NCBI GenBank assembly: GCA_964016885.1
Contig: OZ024741.1
Span: 262,198,001-262,262,000, forward strand
Direction of reading: 5' to 3'
Length of the DNA: 64,000 nucleotides
Source: Eledone cirrhosa
Lineage: Eukaryota
The notes beneath the pieces are model-generated. The model searched no databases, was not told the DNA's origin, and saw only the letters and a list, made by a program, of their open reading frames with translations. Of the stretch, positions 40,601 to 55,600 are shown piece by piece (within the stretch, counting starts at the first letter, position 1; every line of letters begins with the position of its first letter). A program made the position numbers and the translations under genes.

Positions 40601-43600
40601 CGGGTGTTTTGACATACGAGTGTTTCGACTGACGAGTGTTTCGATACGAGTGTTTCGACTTACGAGTGTTCTGACTTACGAGTGTTCTGACTTACGAGTG
40701 TTCTGACTTACGAGTGTTCCGACTTACGAGTGTTTCGGCTTACGAGTGTTTCGGCATACGAGTGTTTCGACTTAGGAGTGTTCCGACTAACGAGTGTTCC
40801 GACATACGGTGTTTCGGCTTACGAGTGATTCGACTTACGAGTGTTTTGACTTACGGGTGTTTTGACTTACGGGTGTTGTGAATTACGAGTGTTCCGATTT
40901 ACGAGTGTTTTGACTTACGGTGTTTCGGCTTACGAGTGTTTTCAGCTTACGAGTGATTCGACTTACGAGTGTTTTGACTTACGGGTGTTTTGACTTACGG
41001 GTGTTGTGAATTACGAGTGTTCCGATTTACGAGTGTTTTGACTTACGGTGTTTAGGCTTACGAGTGTTTCGATTTACGAGTGTTTCGGCTTATGAGCGTT
41101 TCGACTTACGAGTGTTTTGACTTACGCGTGTTTTGACATACGAGTGTTTCGACTGACGAGTGTTTCGATACGAGTGTTTCGACTTACGAGTGTTCTGACT
41201 TACGAGTGTTCTGACTTACGAGTGTTCTGACTTACGAGTGTTCCGACTTACGAGTGTTCCGACTTACGAGTGTTTCGGCTTACGAGTGTTTCGGCTTACG
41301 AGTGTTTCGACTTACGAGTGTTTCGACTTACGAGTGTTCCGACTTACGGGTGTTTCGACTTACGAGTGTTTTGGCTTACGGTGTTTCGGCTTACGAGTGT
41401 TTCGAGTTACGAGTGTTTTGACTTACGCGTGTTTTGACATACGAGTGTTTCGATACGAGTGTTCTGACTTACGAGTGTTCTGACTTACGAGTGTTCTGAC
41501 TTACGAGTGTTCCGACTTTACGAGTGTTTCGGCTCACGAGTGTTTCGGCTTACGAGTGTTTCGACTTACGAAAATAACAAATAGACGCGGTTTCAAATCT
41601 CTATGCTTTTCAAATTCATTACATTAATCTTTATTTATACGTTTCGCTTTACGAGTGTTTCGACTTACGAGTGTTTCGGCTTACGTGAGTTTCGACTTAA
41701 GAGTGTTCTGATTTACGAGTGTTCTGACTTGCGGGTGTTCTGATTTACGAGTGTTCCGACTTACGAGGGTTCTGACTTACGAGTGTTCCGAATTACGAGT
41801 GTTTCGGCTATGAGTGTTTCGACTTATGGGTGCTTCGACTTACGAGTGTTTTTACTTACGGTGTTTCGGCTTACGAGTGTTTCGACATACGAGTGTTTTG
41901 ACTTACGGGTGTTTCGACTTACGAGTGTTTTGACTTACGAATGTTTTTACTTACGGGTGTTTCGGCTTACGAGTGTTTCGACTTACGAGTGTTTCGGCTT
42001 ACGAGTGTTTCGACTTACTAATGTTTTTACTTACGAGTGTTTCGGCGTACGAGAGTTTTGACTTACGAGTGTTTCGACTTACGAGTGTTCTGACTTACGA
42101 GTGTTGCGACTTACGAGTGTTCCGACTTACGAGTGTTTCGGCTTACGAGTGTTTCGGCTTACGAGTGTTTCGACTTACGAGTGTTCCGACTTACGGGTGC
42201 TTCGACTTACGAGTGTTTGGGCTTACGGTATTTCGGCTTACGAGTGTTTCGAGTTACGAGTGTTTTGACTTACGCGTGTTTTGACATACGAGTTTTTCGA
42301 TACGAGTGTTCTGACTTACGAGTGTTCTGATTACGAGTGTTCTGACTTACGAGTGTTCCGACTTTACGAGTGTTTCGGCTCACGAGTGTTTCGGCTTACG
42401 AGTGTTTCGACTCACGAAAATAACAAATAGACGTGGTTTCAAATCTCTATGCTTTTCAAATTCATTACATTAATCTTTATTTATACGTTTCGCTTTACGA
42501 GTGTTTCGACTTACGAGTGTTTCGACATACGAGTGTTTCGACTTACGAATGTTTTTGCTTACGAGTGTTTCGGCTTACGAGTGTTCCGACTTACGAATGT
42601 TCCGACTTACGAGTGTTTCGGCTTACGAGTGTTTCCGGCTTACGAGTGTTTTGACTTACGGGTGTTTTGACTTACGGGTGTTTCGGCTTACGAGTTTTTC
42701 GACTTACGAGTGTTTTGACTTACGAGTGATCTGATTTACGGATGTTTCGACATACGAGTGTTTCGACTTACGAGTGTTTCGACTTATGAGTATTTCGACT
42801 TACGAGTGTTTCGACTTACGAGTGTTTCGACTTACGAGTGTTCCGACTTACGAGTGTTTCGGCTTACGAGTGTTTTGGGTTACGAGTGTTTCGACATACG
42901 AGTGTTTCGACTTACGAGTGTTCCGACTAACGAGTGTTCCGACTTACGAGTGTTTCGGCTTACGAGTGTTTCGGCTTACCAGTGTTTCGACTTACGAGTG
43001 TTTTAACTTACGTGTGTTTCGGCTTACGAGTGTTTCGACTTACCAGTGTTTTTACTTACGGTGTTTCGGCTTACGAGTGTTTCGACATACGAGTGTTTTG
43101 ACTTAAGGGTGTTTCGACTTACGAGTGTTTCGACTTACGAGTGTTTCGGCTTACGAGTGTTTTGACTTAAGGATGTTTCGACTTACGAGTGTTTCGATAC
43201 GAGTGTTTCGACTTACGAGTGTTTTGACTTACGGTGTGTCGGCTTACGAGTGTTTCGACTTACGAGTGTTTTGACTTACGGGTGTTTTGACATACGATTG
43301 TTTCGATACGAGTGTTCTGACTTACGAGTGTTCTGACTTACGTGTTTTGACTTACGAGTGTTCTGACTTACGAGTGTTCCGACTTACGAGTGTTCCGACT
43401 TACGAGTGTTTCGGCTTACGAGTGTTTCCGGCTTACGAGTGTTTCGACTTACGAGTGTTTTGACTTACGGTGTTTCGGCTTACGAGTGATTCGACTTACG
43501 AATGTTTTGACTTACGGGTGTTTCGGCTTGCGAGTGTTTCGACTTACGAGTGTTTCGGCTTATGAGTGTTTCGACTTACTAATGTTTTTACTTACGAGTG

Positions 43601-46600
43601 TTTCGGCGTACGAGTGTTTTGACTTACGAGTGTTTCGACTTACGAGTGTTTTGACTTACGAATGTTTTGACTTACGGGTGTTTCGGCTTACGAGTGTTTC
43701 GACTTACGAGTGTTTCGGCTTGCGAGTGTTTCGACTTACTAATGTTTTTACTTAAGAGTGTTTCGGCGTACGAGTGTTTCGACTTACGAGTGTTTTGACT
43801 TACGGTGTTTCGGCTTACGAGTGATTCGACTTACGAATGTTTTGACTTACGGGTGTTTCGGCTTGCGAGTGTTTCGACTTACGAGTGTTTCGGCTTATGA
43901 GTGTTTCGACTTACTAATGTTTTTACTTACGAGTGTTTCGGCGTACGAGTGTTTTGACTTACGAGTGTTTCGACTTACGAGTGTTTTGACTTACGAATGT
44001 TTTGACTTACGGGTGTTTCGGCTTACGAGTGTTTCGACTTACGAGTGTTTCGGCTTGCGAGTGTTTCGACTTACTAATGTTTTTACTTAAGAGTGTTTCG
44101 GCGTACGAGTGTTTCGACTTACGAGTATTTCGACTTACGGGTGCTTTGACTTAAGGGTGTTTCGACTTACGAGTGTTTCGACTTACGAGTGTTTCGGCTT
44201 ACGAGTGTTTTGACTTAAGGATGTTTCGACTTACGAGTGTTTCGATACGAGTGTTTCGACTTACGAGTGTTTCGACTTACGAGTGTTTCGACTTACGAAT
44301 GTTCTGACTTACGAGTGCTCTGACTTACGAGTGTTCTGATTTACGAGTGTTCTGACTTACGAGTGTTCTGACTTACGAGCGTTCTGATTTACGAGTGTTC
44401 CGACTTACGAGTGTTTCGGCTTACGAGTGTTTCGGCATACGAGTGTTTCGACTTAGGAGTGTTCCGACTAACGAGTGTTCCGACATACGGTGTTTCGGCT
44501 TACGAGTGATTCGACTTACGAGTGTTTTGACTTACGGGTGTTTTGACTTACGGGTGTTGTGAATTACGAGTGTTCCGATTTACGAGTGTTTTGACTTACG
44601 GTGTTTCGGCTTACGAGTGTTTTCAGCTTACGAGTGATTCGACTTACGAGTGTTTTGACTTACGGGTGTTTTGACTTACGGGTGTTGTGAATTACGAGTG
44701 TTCCGATTTACGAGTGTTTTGACTTACGGTGTTTAGGCTTACGAGTGTTTCGATTTACGAGTGTTTCGGCTTATGAGCGTTTCGACTTACGAGTGTTTTG
44801 ACTTACGCGTGTTTTGACATACGAGTGTTTCGACTGACGAGTGTTTCGATACGAGTGTTTCGACTTACGAGTGTTCTGACTTACGAGTGTTTTGACTTAC
44901 GGGTGTTTTGACTTACGGGTGTTGTGAATTACGAGTGTTCCGATTTACGAGTGTTTTGACTTACGGTGTTTAGGCTTACGAGTGTTTCGATTTACGAGTG
45001 TTTCGGCTTATGAGCGTTTCGACTTACGAGTGTTTTGACTTACGGGTGTTTTGACATACGAGTGTTTCGACTGACGAGTGTTTCGATACGAGTGTTTCGA
45101 CTTACGAGTGTTCTGACTTACGAGTGTTCTGACTTACGAGTGTTCTGACTTACGAGTGTTCCGACTTACGAGTGTTCCGACTTACGAGTGTTTCGGCTTA
45201 CGAGTGTTTCGGCTTACGAGTGTTTCGACTTACGAGTGTTTCGACTTACGAGTGTTCCGACTTACGGGTGTTTCGACTTACGAGTGTTTTGGCTTACGGT
45301 GTTTCGGCTTACGAGTGTTTCGAGTTACGAGTGTTTTGACTTACGCGTGTTTTGACATACGAGTGTTTCGATACGAGTGTTCTGACTTACGAGTGTTCTG
45401 ACTTACGAGTGTTCCGACTTTACGAGTGTTTCGGCTCACGAGTGTTTCGGCTTACGAGTGTTTCGACTTACGAAAATAACAAATAGACGCGGTTTCAAAT
45501 CTCTATGCTTTTCAAATTCATTACATTAATCTTTATTTATACGTTTCGCTTTACGAGTGTTTCGACTTACGAGTGTTTCGGCTTACGTGAGTTTCGACTT
45601 AAGAGTGTTCTGATTTACGAGTGTTCTGACTTGCGGGTGTTCTGATTTACGAGTGTTCCGACTTACGAGGGTTCTGACTTACGAGTGTTCCGAATTACGA
45701 GTGTTTCGGCTATGAGTGTTTCGACTTATGGGTGCTTCGACTTACGAGTGTTTTTACTTACGGTGTTTCGGCTTACGAGTGTTTCGACATACGAGTGTTT
45801 TGACTTACGGGTGTTTCGACTTACGAGTGTTTTGACTTACGAATGTTTTTACTTACGGGTGTTTCGGCTTACGAGTGTTTCGACTTACGAGTGTTTCGGC
45901 TTACGAGTGTTTCGACTTACTAATGTTTTTACTTACGAGTGTTTCGGCGTACGAGAGTTTTGACTTACGAGTGTTTCGACTTACGAGTGTTCTGACTTAC
46001 GAGTGTTCCGAGTTACGAGTGTTCCGACTTACGAGTGTTTCGGCTTACGAGTGTTTCGGCTTACGAGTGTTTCGCCTTACGAGTGTTCCGACTTACGGGT
46101 GCTTCGACTTACGAGTGTTTGGGCTTACGGTATTTCGGCTTACGAGTGTTTCGAGTTACGAGTGTTTTGACTTACGCGTGTTTTGACATACGAGTTTTTC
46201 GATACGAGTGTTCTTACTTACGAGTGTTCTGATTACGAGTGTTCTGACTTACGAGTGTTCCGACTTTACGAGTGTTTCGGCTCACGAGTGTTTCGGCTTA
46301 CGAGTGTTTCGACTTACGAAAATAACAAATAGACGCGGTTTCAAATCTCTATGCTTTTCAAATTCATTACATTAATCTTTATTTATACGTTTCGCTTTAC
46401 GAGTGTTTCGACTTACGAGTGTTTCGACATACGAGTGTTTCGACTTACGAATGTTTTTGCTTACGAGTGTTTCGGCTTACGAGTGTTCCGACTTACGAGT
46501 GTTTCGGCTTACGAGTGTTTCCGGCTTACGAGTGTTTCGACTTACGGGTGTTTCGACTCACGAGTGTTCTGATTTACGAGTGTTCTGACTTGCGGGTGTT

Positions 46601-49600
46601 CTGATTTACGAGTGTTCCGACTTACGAGGGTTCTGACTTACGAGTGTTCCGACTTACGAGTGTTTCGGCTATGAGTGTTTCGACTTATGGGTGTTTCGAC
46701 TTACGAGTGTTTTTACTTACGGTGTTTCGGCTTACGAGTGTTTCGACATACGAGTGTTTTGACTTACGGGTGTTTCGACTTACGAGTGTTTTGACTTACG
46801 AATGTTTTGACTTACGGGTGTTTCGGCTTACGAGTGTTTCGACTTACGAGTGTTTCGGCTTACGAGTGTTTCGACTTACTAATGTTTTTACTTACGAGTG
46901 TTTCGGCGTACGAGAGTTTTGACTTACGAGTGTTTCGACTTACGAGTGTTCTGACTTACGAGTGTTGCGACTTACGAGTGTTCCGACTTACGAGTGTTTC
47001 GGCTTACGAGTGTTTCGGCTTACGAGTGTTTCGCCTTACGAGTGTTCCGACTTACGGGTGCTTCGACTTACGAGTGTTTGGGCTTACGGTATTTCGGCTT
47101 ACGAGTGTTTCGAGTTACGAGTGTTTTGACTTACGCGTGATTTGACATACGAGTTTTTCGATACGAGTGTTCTGACTTACGAGTGTTCTGATTACGAGTG
47201 TTCTGACTTACGAGTGTTCCGACTTTACGAGTGTTTCGGCTCACGAGTGTTTCGGCTTACGAGTGTTTCGACTCACGAAAATAACAAATAGACGTGGTTT
47301 CAAATCTCTATGCTTTTCAAATTCATTACATTAATCTTTATTTATACGTTTCGCTTTACGAGTGTTTCGACTTACGAGTGTTTCGACATACGAGTGTTTC
47401 GACTTACGAATGTTTTTGCTTACGAGTGTTTCGGCTTACGAGTGTTCCGACTTACGAGTGTTCCGACTTACGAGTGTTTCGGCTTACGAGTGTTTCCGGC
47501 TTACGAGTGTTTTGACTTACGGGTGTTTTGACTTACGGGTGTTTCGGCTTACGAGTTTTTCGACTTACGAGTGTTTTGACTTACGAGTGATCTGATTTAC
47601 GGATGTTTCGACATACGAGTGTTTCGACTTACGAGTGTTTCGACTTACGAGTGTTCCGACTTACGAGTGTTTCGGCTTACGAGTGTTTTGGGTTACGAGT
47701 GTTTCGACATACGAGTGTTTCGACTTACGAGTGTTCCGACTAACGAGTGTTCCGACTTACGAGTGTTTCGGCTTACGAGTGTTTCGGCTTACCAGTGTTT
47801 CGACTTACGAGTGTTTTAACTTACGTGTGTTTCGGCTTACGAGTGTTTCGACTTACCAGTGTTTTTACTTACGGTGTTTCGGCTTACGAGTGTTTCGACA
47901 TACGAGTGTTTTGACTTAAGGGTGTTTCGACTTACGAGTGTTTCGACTTACGAGTGTTTCGGCTTACGAGTGTTTTGACTTAAGGATGTTTCGACTTACG
48001 AGTGTTTCGATACGAGTGTTTCGACTTACGAGTGTTTTGACTTACGCTGTGTCGGCTTACGAGTGTTTCGACTTACGAGTGTTTTGACTTACGGGTGTTT
48101 TGACATACGATTGTTTCGATACGAGTGTTCTGACTTACGAGTGTTCTGACTTACGTGTTTTGACTTACGAGTGTTCTGACTTACGAGTGTTCCGACTTAC
48201 GAGTGTTCCGACTTACGAGTGTTTCGGCTTACGAGTGTTTCCGGCTTACGAGTGTTTCGACTTACGAGTGTTTTGACTTACGGTGTTTCGGCTTACGAGT
48301 GATTCGACTTACGAATGTTTTGACTTACGGGTGTTTCGGCTTGCGAGTGTTTCGACTTACGAGTGTTTCGGCTTATGAGTGTTTCGACTTACTAATGTTT
48401 TTACTTACGAGTGTTTCGGCGTACGAGTGTTTTGACTTACGAGTGTTTCGACTTACGAGTGTTTTGACTTACGAATGTTTTGACTTACGGGTGTTTCGAC
48501 TTACGAGTGTTTCGACTTACGAGTGTTTCGGCTTGCGAGTGTTCCGACTTACTAATGTTTTTACTTAAGAGTGTTTCGGCGTACGAGTGTTTCGACTTAC
48601 GAGTGTTTCGACTTACGGGTGCTTTGACTTAAGGGTGTTTCGACTTACGAGTGTTTCGACTTACGAGTGTTTCGGCTTACGAGTGTTTTGACTTAAGGAT
48701 GTTTCGACTTACGAGTGTTTCGATACGAGTGTTTCGACTTACGAGTGTTTCGACTTACGAGTGTTTCGACTTACGAATGTTCTGACTTACGAGTGCTCTG
48801 ACTTACGAGTGTTCTGATTTACGAGTGTTCTGACTTACGAGTGTTCTGACTTACGAGCGTTCTGATTTACGAGTGTTCCGACTTACGAGTGTTTCGGCTT
48901 ACGAGTGTTTCGACATACGAGTGTTTCGACTTAGGAGTGTTCCGACTAACGAGTGTTCCGACATACGGTGTTTCGGCTTACGAGTGATTCGACTTACGAG
49001 TGTTTTGACTTACGGGTGTTTTGACTTACGGGTGTTGTGAATTACGAGTGTTCCGATTTACGAGTGTTTTGACTTACGGTGTTTCGGCTTACGAGTGTTT
49101 TCAGCTTACGAGTGATTCGACTTACGAGTGTTTTGACTTACGGGTGTTTTGACTTACGGGTGTTGTGAATTACGAGTGTTCCGATTTACGAGTGTTTTGA
49201 CTTACGGTGTTTAGGCTTACGAGTGTTTCGATTTACGAGTGTTTCGGCTTATGAGCGTTTCGACTTACGAGTGTTTTGACTTACGGGTGTTTTGACATAC
49301 GAGTGTTTCGACTGACGAGTGTTTCGATACGAGTGTTTCGACTTACGAGTGTTCTGACTTACGAGTGTTCTGACTTACGAGTGTTCTGACTTACGAGTGT
49401 TCCGACTTACGAGTGTTCCGACTTACGAGTGTTTCGGCTTACGAGTGTTTCGGCTTACGAGTGTTTCGACTTACGAGTGTTTCGACTTACGAGTGTTCCG
49501 ACTTAGGGGTGTTTCGACTTACGAGTGTTTTGGCTTACGGTGTTTCGGCTTACGAGTGTTTCGAGTTACGAGTGTTTTGACTTACGCGTGTTTTGACATA

Positions 49601-52600
49601 CGAGTGTTTCGATACGAGTGTTCTGACTTACGAGTGTTCTGACTTACGAGTGTTCTGACTTACGAGTGTTCCGACTTTACGAGTGTTTCGGCTCACGAGT
49701 GTTTCGGCTTACGAGTGTTTCGACTTACGAAAATAACAAATAGACGCGGTTTCAAATCTCTATGCTTTTCAAATTCATTACATTAATCTTTATTTATACG
49801 TTTCGCTTTACGAGTGTTTCGACTTACGAGTGTTTCGGCTTACGTGAGTTTCGACTTAAGAGTGTTCTGATTTACGAGTGTTCTGACTTGCGGGTGTTCT
49901 GATTTACGAGTGTTCCGACTTACGAGGGTTCTGACTTACGAGTGTTCCGAATTACGAGTGTTTCGGCTATGAGTGTTTCGACTTATGGGTGTTTCGACTT
50001 ACGAGTGTTTTTACTTACGGTGTTTCGGCTTACGAGTGTTTCGACATACGAGTGTTTTGACTTACGGGTGTTTCGACTTACGAGTGTTTTGACTTACGAA
50101 TGTTTTTACTTACGGGTGTTTCGGCTTACGAGTGTTTCGACTTACGAGTGTTTCGGCTTACGAGTGTTTCGACTTACTAATGTTTTTACTTACGAGTGTT
50201 TCGGCGTACGAGAGTTTTGACTTACGAGTGTTTCGACTTATGAGTGTTCTGACTTACGAGTGTTCCGAGTTACGAGTGTTCCGACTTACGAGTGTTTCGG
50301 CTTACGAGTGTTTCGGCTTACGAGTGTTTCGCCTTACGAGTGTTCCGACTTACGGGTGCTTCGACTTACGAGTGTTTGGGCTTACGGTATTTCGGCTTAC
50401 GAGTGTTTCGAGTTACGAGTGTTTTGACTTACGCGTGTTTTGACATACGAGTTTTTCGATACGAGTGTTCTTACTTACGAGTGTTCTGATTACGAGTGTT
50501 CTGACTTACGAGTGTTCCGACTTTACGAGTGTTTCGGCTCACGAGTGTTTCGGCTTACGAGTGTTTCGACTTACGAAAATAACAAATAGACGCGGTTTCA
50601 AATCTCTATGCTTTTCAAATTCATTACATTAATCTTTATTTATACGTTTCGCTTTACGAGTGTTTCGACTTACGAGTGTTTCGACATACGAGTGTTTCGA
50701 CTTACGAATGTTTTTGCTTACGAGTGTTTCGGCTTACGAGTGTTCCGACTTACGAGTGTTTCGGCTTACGAGTGTTTCCGGCTTACGAGTGTTTCGACTT
50801 ACGGGTGTTTCGACTCACGAGTGTTCTGATTTACGAGTGTTCTGACTTGCGGGTGTTCTGATTTACGAGTGTTCCGACTTACGAGGGTTCTGACTTACGA
50901 GTGTTCCGACTTACGAGTGTTTCGGCTATGAGTGTTTCGACTTATGGGTGTTTCGACTTACGAGTGTTTTTACTTACGGTGTTTCGGCTTACGAGTGTTT
51001 CGACATACGAGTGTTTCGACTTACGAGTGTTTCGACTTACGAATGTTCTGACTTACGAGTGCTCTGACTTACGAGTGTTCTGATTTACGAGTGTTCTGAC
51101 TTACGAGTGTTCTGACTTACGAGCGTTCTGATTTACGAGTGTTCCGACTTACGAGTGTTTCGGCTTACGAGTGTTTCGGCATACGAGTGTTTCGACTTAG
51201 GAGTGTTCCGACTAACGAGTGTTCCGACATACGGTGTTTCGGCTTACGAGTGATTCGACTTACGAGTGTTTTGACTTACGGGTGTTTTGACTTACGGGTG
51301 TTGTGAATTACGAGTGTTCCGATTTACGAGTGTTTTGACTTACGGTGTTTCGGCTTACGAGTGTTTTCAGCTTACGAGTGATTCGACTTACGAGTGTTTT
51401 GACTTACGGGTGTTTTGACTTACGGGTGTTGTGAATTACGAGTGTTCCGATTTACGAGTGTTTTGACTTACGGTGTTTAGGCTTACGAGTGTTTCGATTT
51501 ACGAGTGTTTCGGCTTATGAGCGTTTCGACTTACGAGTGTTTTGACTTACGCGTGTTTTGACATACGAGTGTTTCGACTGACGAGTGTTTCGATACGAGT
51601 GTTTCGACTTACGAGTGTTCTGACTTACGAGTGTTCTGACTTACGAGTGTTCTGACTTACGAGTGTTCCGACTTACGAGTGTTCCGACTTACGAGTGTTT
51701 CGGCTTACGAGTGTTTCGGCTTACGAGTGTTTCGACTTACGAGTGTTTCGACTTACGAGTGTTCCGACTTACGGGTGTTTCGACTTACGAGTGTTTTGGC
51801 TTACGGTGTTTCGGCTTACGAGTGTTTCGAGTTACGAGTGTTTTGACTTACGCGTGTTTTGACATACGAGTGTTTCGATACGAGTGTTCTGACTTACGAG
51901 TGTTCTGACTTACGAGTGTTCTGACTTACGAGTGTTCCGACTTTACGAGTGTTTCGGCTCACGAGTGTTTCGGCTTACGAGTGTTTCGACTTACGAAAAT
52001 AACAAATAGACGCGGTTTCAAATCTCTATGCTTTTCAAATTCATTACATTAATCTTTATTTATACGTTTCGCTTTACGAGTGTTTCGACTTACGAGTGTT
52101 TCGGCTTACGTGAGTTTCGACTTAAGAGTGTTCTGATTTACGAGTGTTCTGACTTGCGGGTGTTCTGATTTACGAGTGTTCCGACTTACGAGGGTTCTGA
52201 CTTACGAGTGTTCCGAATTACGAGTGTTTCGGCTATGAGTGTTTCGACTTATGGGTGCTTCGACTTACGAGTGTTTTTACTTACGGTGTTTCGGCTTACG
52301 AGTGTTTCGACATACGAGTGTTTTGACTTACGGGTGTTTCGACTTACGAGTGTTTTGACTTACGAATGTTTTTACTTACGGGTGTTTCGGCTTACGAGTG
52401 TTTCGACTTACGAGTGTTTCGGCTTACGAGTGTTTCGACTTACTAATGTTTTTACTTACGAGTGTTTCGGCGTACGAGAGTTTTGACTTACGAGTGTTTC
52501 GACTTACGAGTGTTCTGACTTACGAGTGTTGCGACTTACGAGTGTTCCGACTTACGAGTGTTTCGGCTTACGAGTGTTTCGGCTTACGAGTGTTTCGACT

Positions 52601-55600
52601 TACGAGTGTTCCGACTTACGGGTGCTTCGACTTACGAGTGTTTGGGCTTACGGTATTTCGGCTTACGAGTGTTTCGAGTTACGAGTGTTTTGACTTACGC
52701 GTGTTTTGACATACGAGTTTTTCGATACGAGTGTTCTGACTTACGAGTGTTCTGATTACGAGTGTTCTGACTTACGAGTGTTCCGACTTTACGAGTGTTT
52801 CGGCTCACGAGTGTTTCGGCTTACGAGTGTTTCGACTCACGAAAATAACAAATAGACGTGGTTTCAAATCTCTATGCTTTTCAAATTCATTACATTAATC
52901 TTTATTTATACGTTTCGCTTTACGAGTGTTTCGACTTACGAGTGTTTCGACATACGAGTGTTTCGACTTACGAATGTTTTTGCTTACGAGTGTTTCGGCT
53001 TACGAGTGTTCCGACTTACGAATGTTCCGACTTACGAGTGTTTCGGCTTACGAGTGTTTCCGGCTTACGAGTGTTTTGACTTACGGGTGTTTTGACTTAC
53101 GGGTGTTTCGGCTTACGAGTTTTTCGACTTACGAGTGTTTTGACTTACGAGTGATCTGATTTACGGATGTTTCGACATACGAGTGTTTCGACTTACGAGT
53201 GTTTCGACTTATGAGTATTTCGACTTACGAGTGTTTCGACTTACGAGTGTTTCGACTTACGAGTGTTCCGACTTACGAGTGTTTCGGCTTACGAGTGTTT
53301 TGGGTTACGAGTGTTTCGACATACGAGTGTTTCGACTTACGAGTGTTCCGACTAACGAGTGTTCCGACTTACGAGTGTTTCGGCTTACGAGTGTTTCGGC
53401 TTACCAGTGTTTCGACTTACGAGTGTTTTAACTTACGTGTGTTTCGGCTTACGAGTGTTTCGACTTACCAGTGTTTTTACTTACGGTGTTTCGGCTTACG
53501 AGTGTTTCGACATACGAGTGTTTTGACTTAAGGGTGTTTCGACTTACGAGTGTTTCGACTTACGAGTGTTTCGGCTTGCGAGTGTTTTGACTTAAGGATG
53601 TTTCGACTTACGAGTGTTTCGATACGAGTGTTTCGACTTACGAGTGTTTTGACTTACGGTGTGTCGGCTTACGAGTGTTTCGACTTACGAGTGTTTTGAC
53701 TTACGGGTGTTTTGACATACGATTGTTTCGATACGAGTGTTCTGACTTACGAGTGTTCTGACTTACGTGTTTTGACTTACGAGTGTTCTGACTTACGAGT
53801 GTTCCGACTTACGAGTGTTCCGACTTACGAGTGTTTCGGCTTACGAGTGTTTCCGGCTTACGAGTGTTTCGACTTACGAGTGTTTTGACTTACGGTGTTT
53901 CGGCTTACGAGTGATTCGACTTACGAATGTTTTGACTTACGGGTGTTTCGGCTTGCGAGTGTTTCGACTTACGAGTGTTTCGGCTTATGAGTGTTTCGAC
54001 TTACTAATGTTTTTACTTACGAGTGTTTCGGCGTACGAGTGTTTTGACTTACGAGTGTTTCGACTTACGAGTGTTTTGACTTACGAATGTTTTGACTTAC
54101 GGGTGTTTCGGCTTACGAGTGTTTCGACTTACGAGTGTTTCGGCTTGCGAGTGTTTCGACTTACTAATGTTTTTACTTAAGAGTGTTTCGGCGTACGAGT
54201 GTTTCGACTTACGAGTGTTTTGACTTACGGTGTTTCGGCTTACGAGTGATTCGACTTACGAATGTTTTGACTTACGGGTGTTTCGGCTTGCGAGTGTTTC
54301 GACTTACGAGTGTTTCGGCTTATGAGTGTTTCGACTTACTAATGTTTTTACTTACGAGTGTTTCGGCGTACGAGTGTTTTGACTTACGAGTGTTTCGACT
54401 TACGAGTGTTTTGACTTACGAATGTTTTGACTTACGGGTGTTTCGGCTTACGAGTGTTTCGACTTACGAGTGTTTCGGCTTGCGAGTGTTTCGACTTACT
54501 AATGTTTTTACTTAAGAGTGTTTCGGCGTACGAGTGTTTCGACTTACGAGTGTTTCGACTTACGGGTGCTTTGACTTAAGGGTGTTTCGACTTACGAGTG
54601 TTTCGACTTACGAGTGTTTCGGCTTACGAGTGTTTTGACTTAAGGATGTTTCGACTTACGAGTGTTTCGATACGAGTGTTTCGACTTACGAGTGTTTCGA
54701 CTTACGAGTGTTTCGACTTACGAATGTTCTGACTTACGAGTGCTCTGACTTACGAGTGTTCTGATTTACGAGTGTTCTGACTTACGAGTGTTCTGACTTA
54801 CGAGCGTTCTGATTTACGAGTGTTCCGACTTACGAGTGTTTCGGCTTACGAGTGTTTCGGCATACGAGTGTTTCGACTTAGGAGTGTTCCGACTAACGAG
54901 TGTTCCGACATACGGTGTTTCGGCTTACGAGTGATTCGACTTACGAGTGTTTTGACTTACGGGTGTTTTGACTTACGGGTGTTGTGAATTACGAGTGTTC
55001 CGATTTACGAGTGTTTTGACTTACGGTGTTTCGGCTTACGAGTGTTTTCAGCTTACGAGTGATTCGACTTACGAGTGTTTTGACTTACGGGTGTTTTGAC
55101 TTACGGGTGTTGTGAATTACGAGTGTTCCGATTTACGAGTGTTTTGACTTACGGTGTTTAGGCTTACGAGTGTTTCGATTTACGAGTGTTTCGGCTTATG
55201 AGCGTTTCGACTTACGAGTGTTTTGACTTACGGGTGTTTTGACATACGAGTGTTTCGACTGACGAGTGTTTCGATACGAGTGTTTCGACTTACGAGTGTT
55301 CTGACTTACGAGTGTTCTGACTTACGAGTGTTCTGACTTACGAGTGTTCTGACTTACGAGTGTTCCGACTTACGAGTGTTCCGACTTACGAGTGTTTCGG
55401 CTTACGAGTGTTTCGGCTTACGAGTGTTTCGACTTACGAGTGTTTCGACTTACGAGTGTTCCGACTTACGGGTGTTTCGACTTACGAGTGTTTTGGCTTA
55501 CGGTGTTTCGGCTTACGAGTGTTTCGAGTTACGAGTGTTTTGACTTACGCGTGTTTTGACATACGAGTGTTTCGATACGAGTGTTCTGACTTACGAGTGT

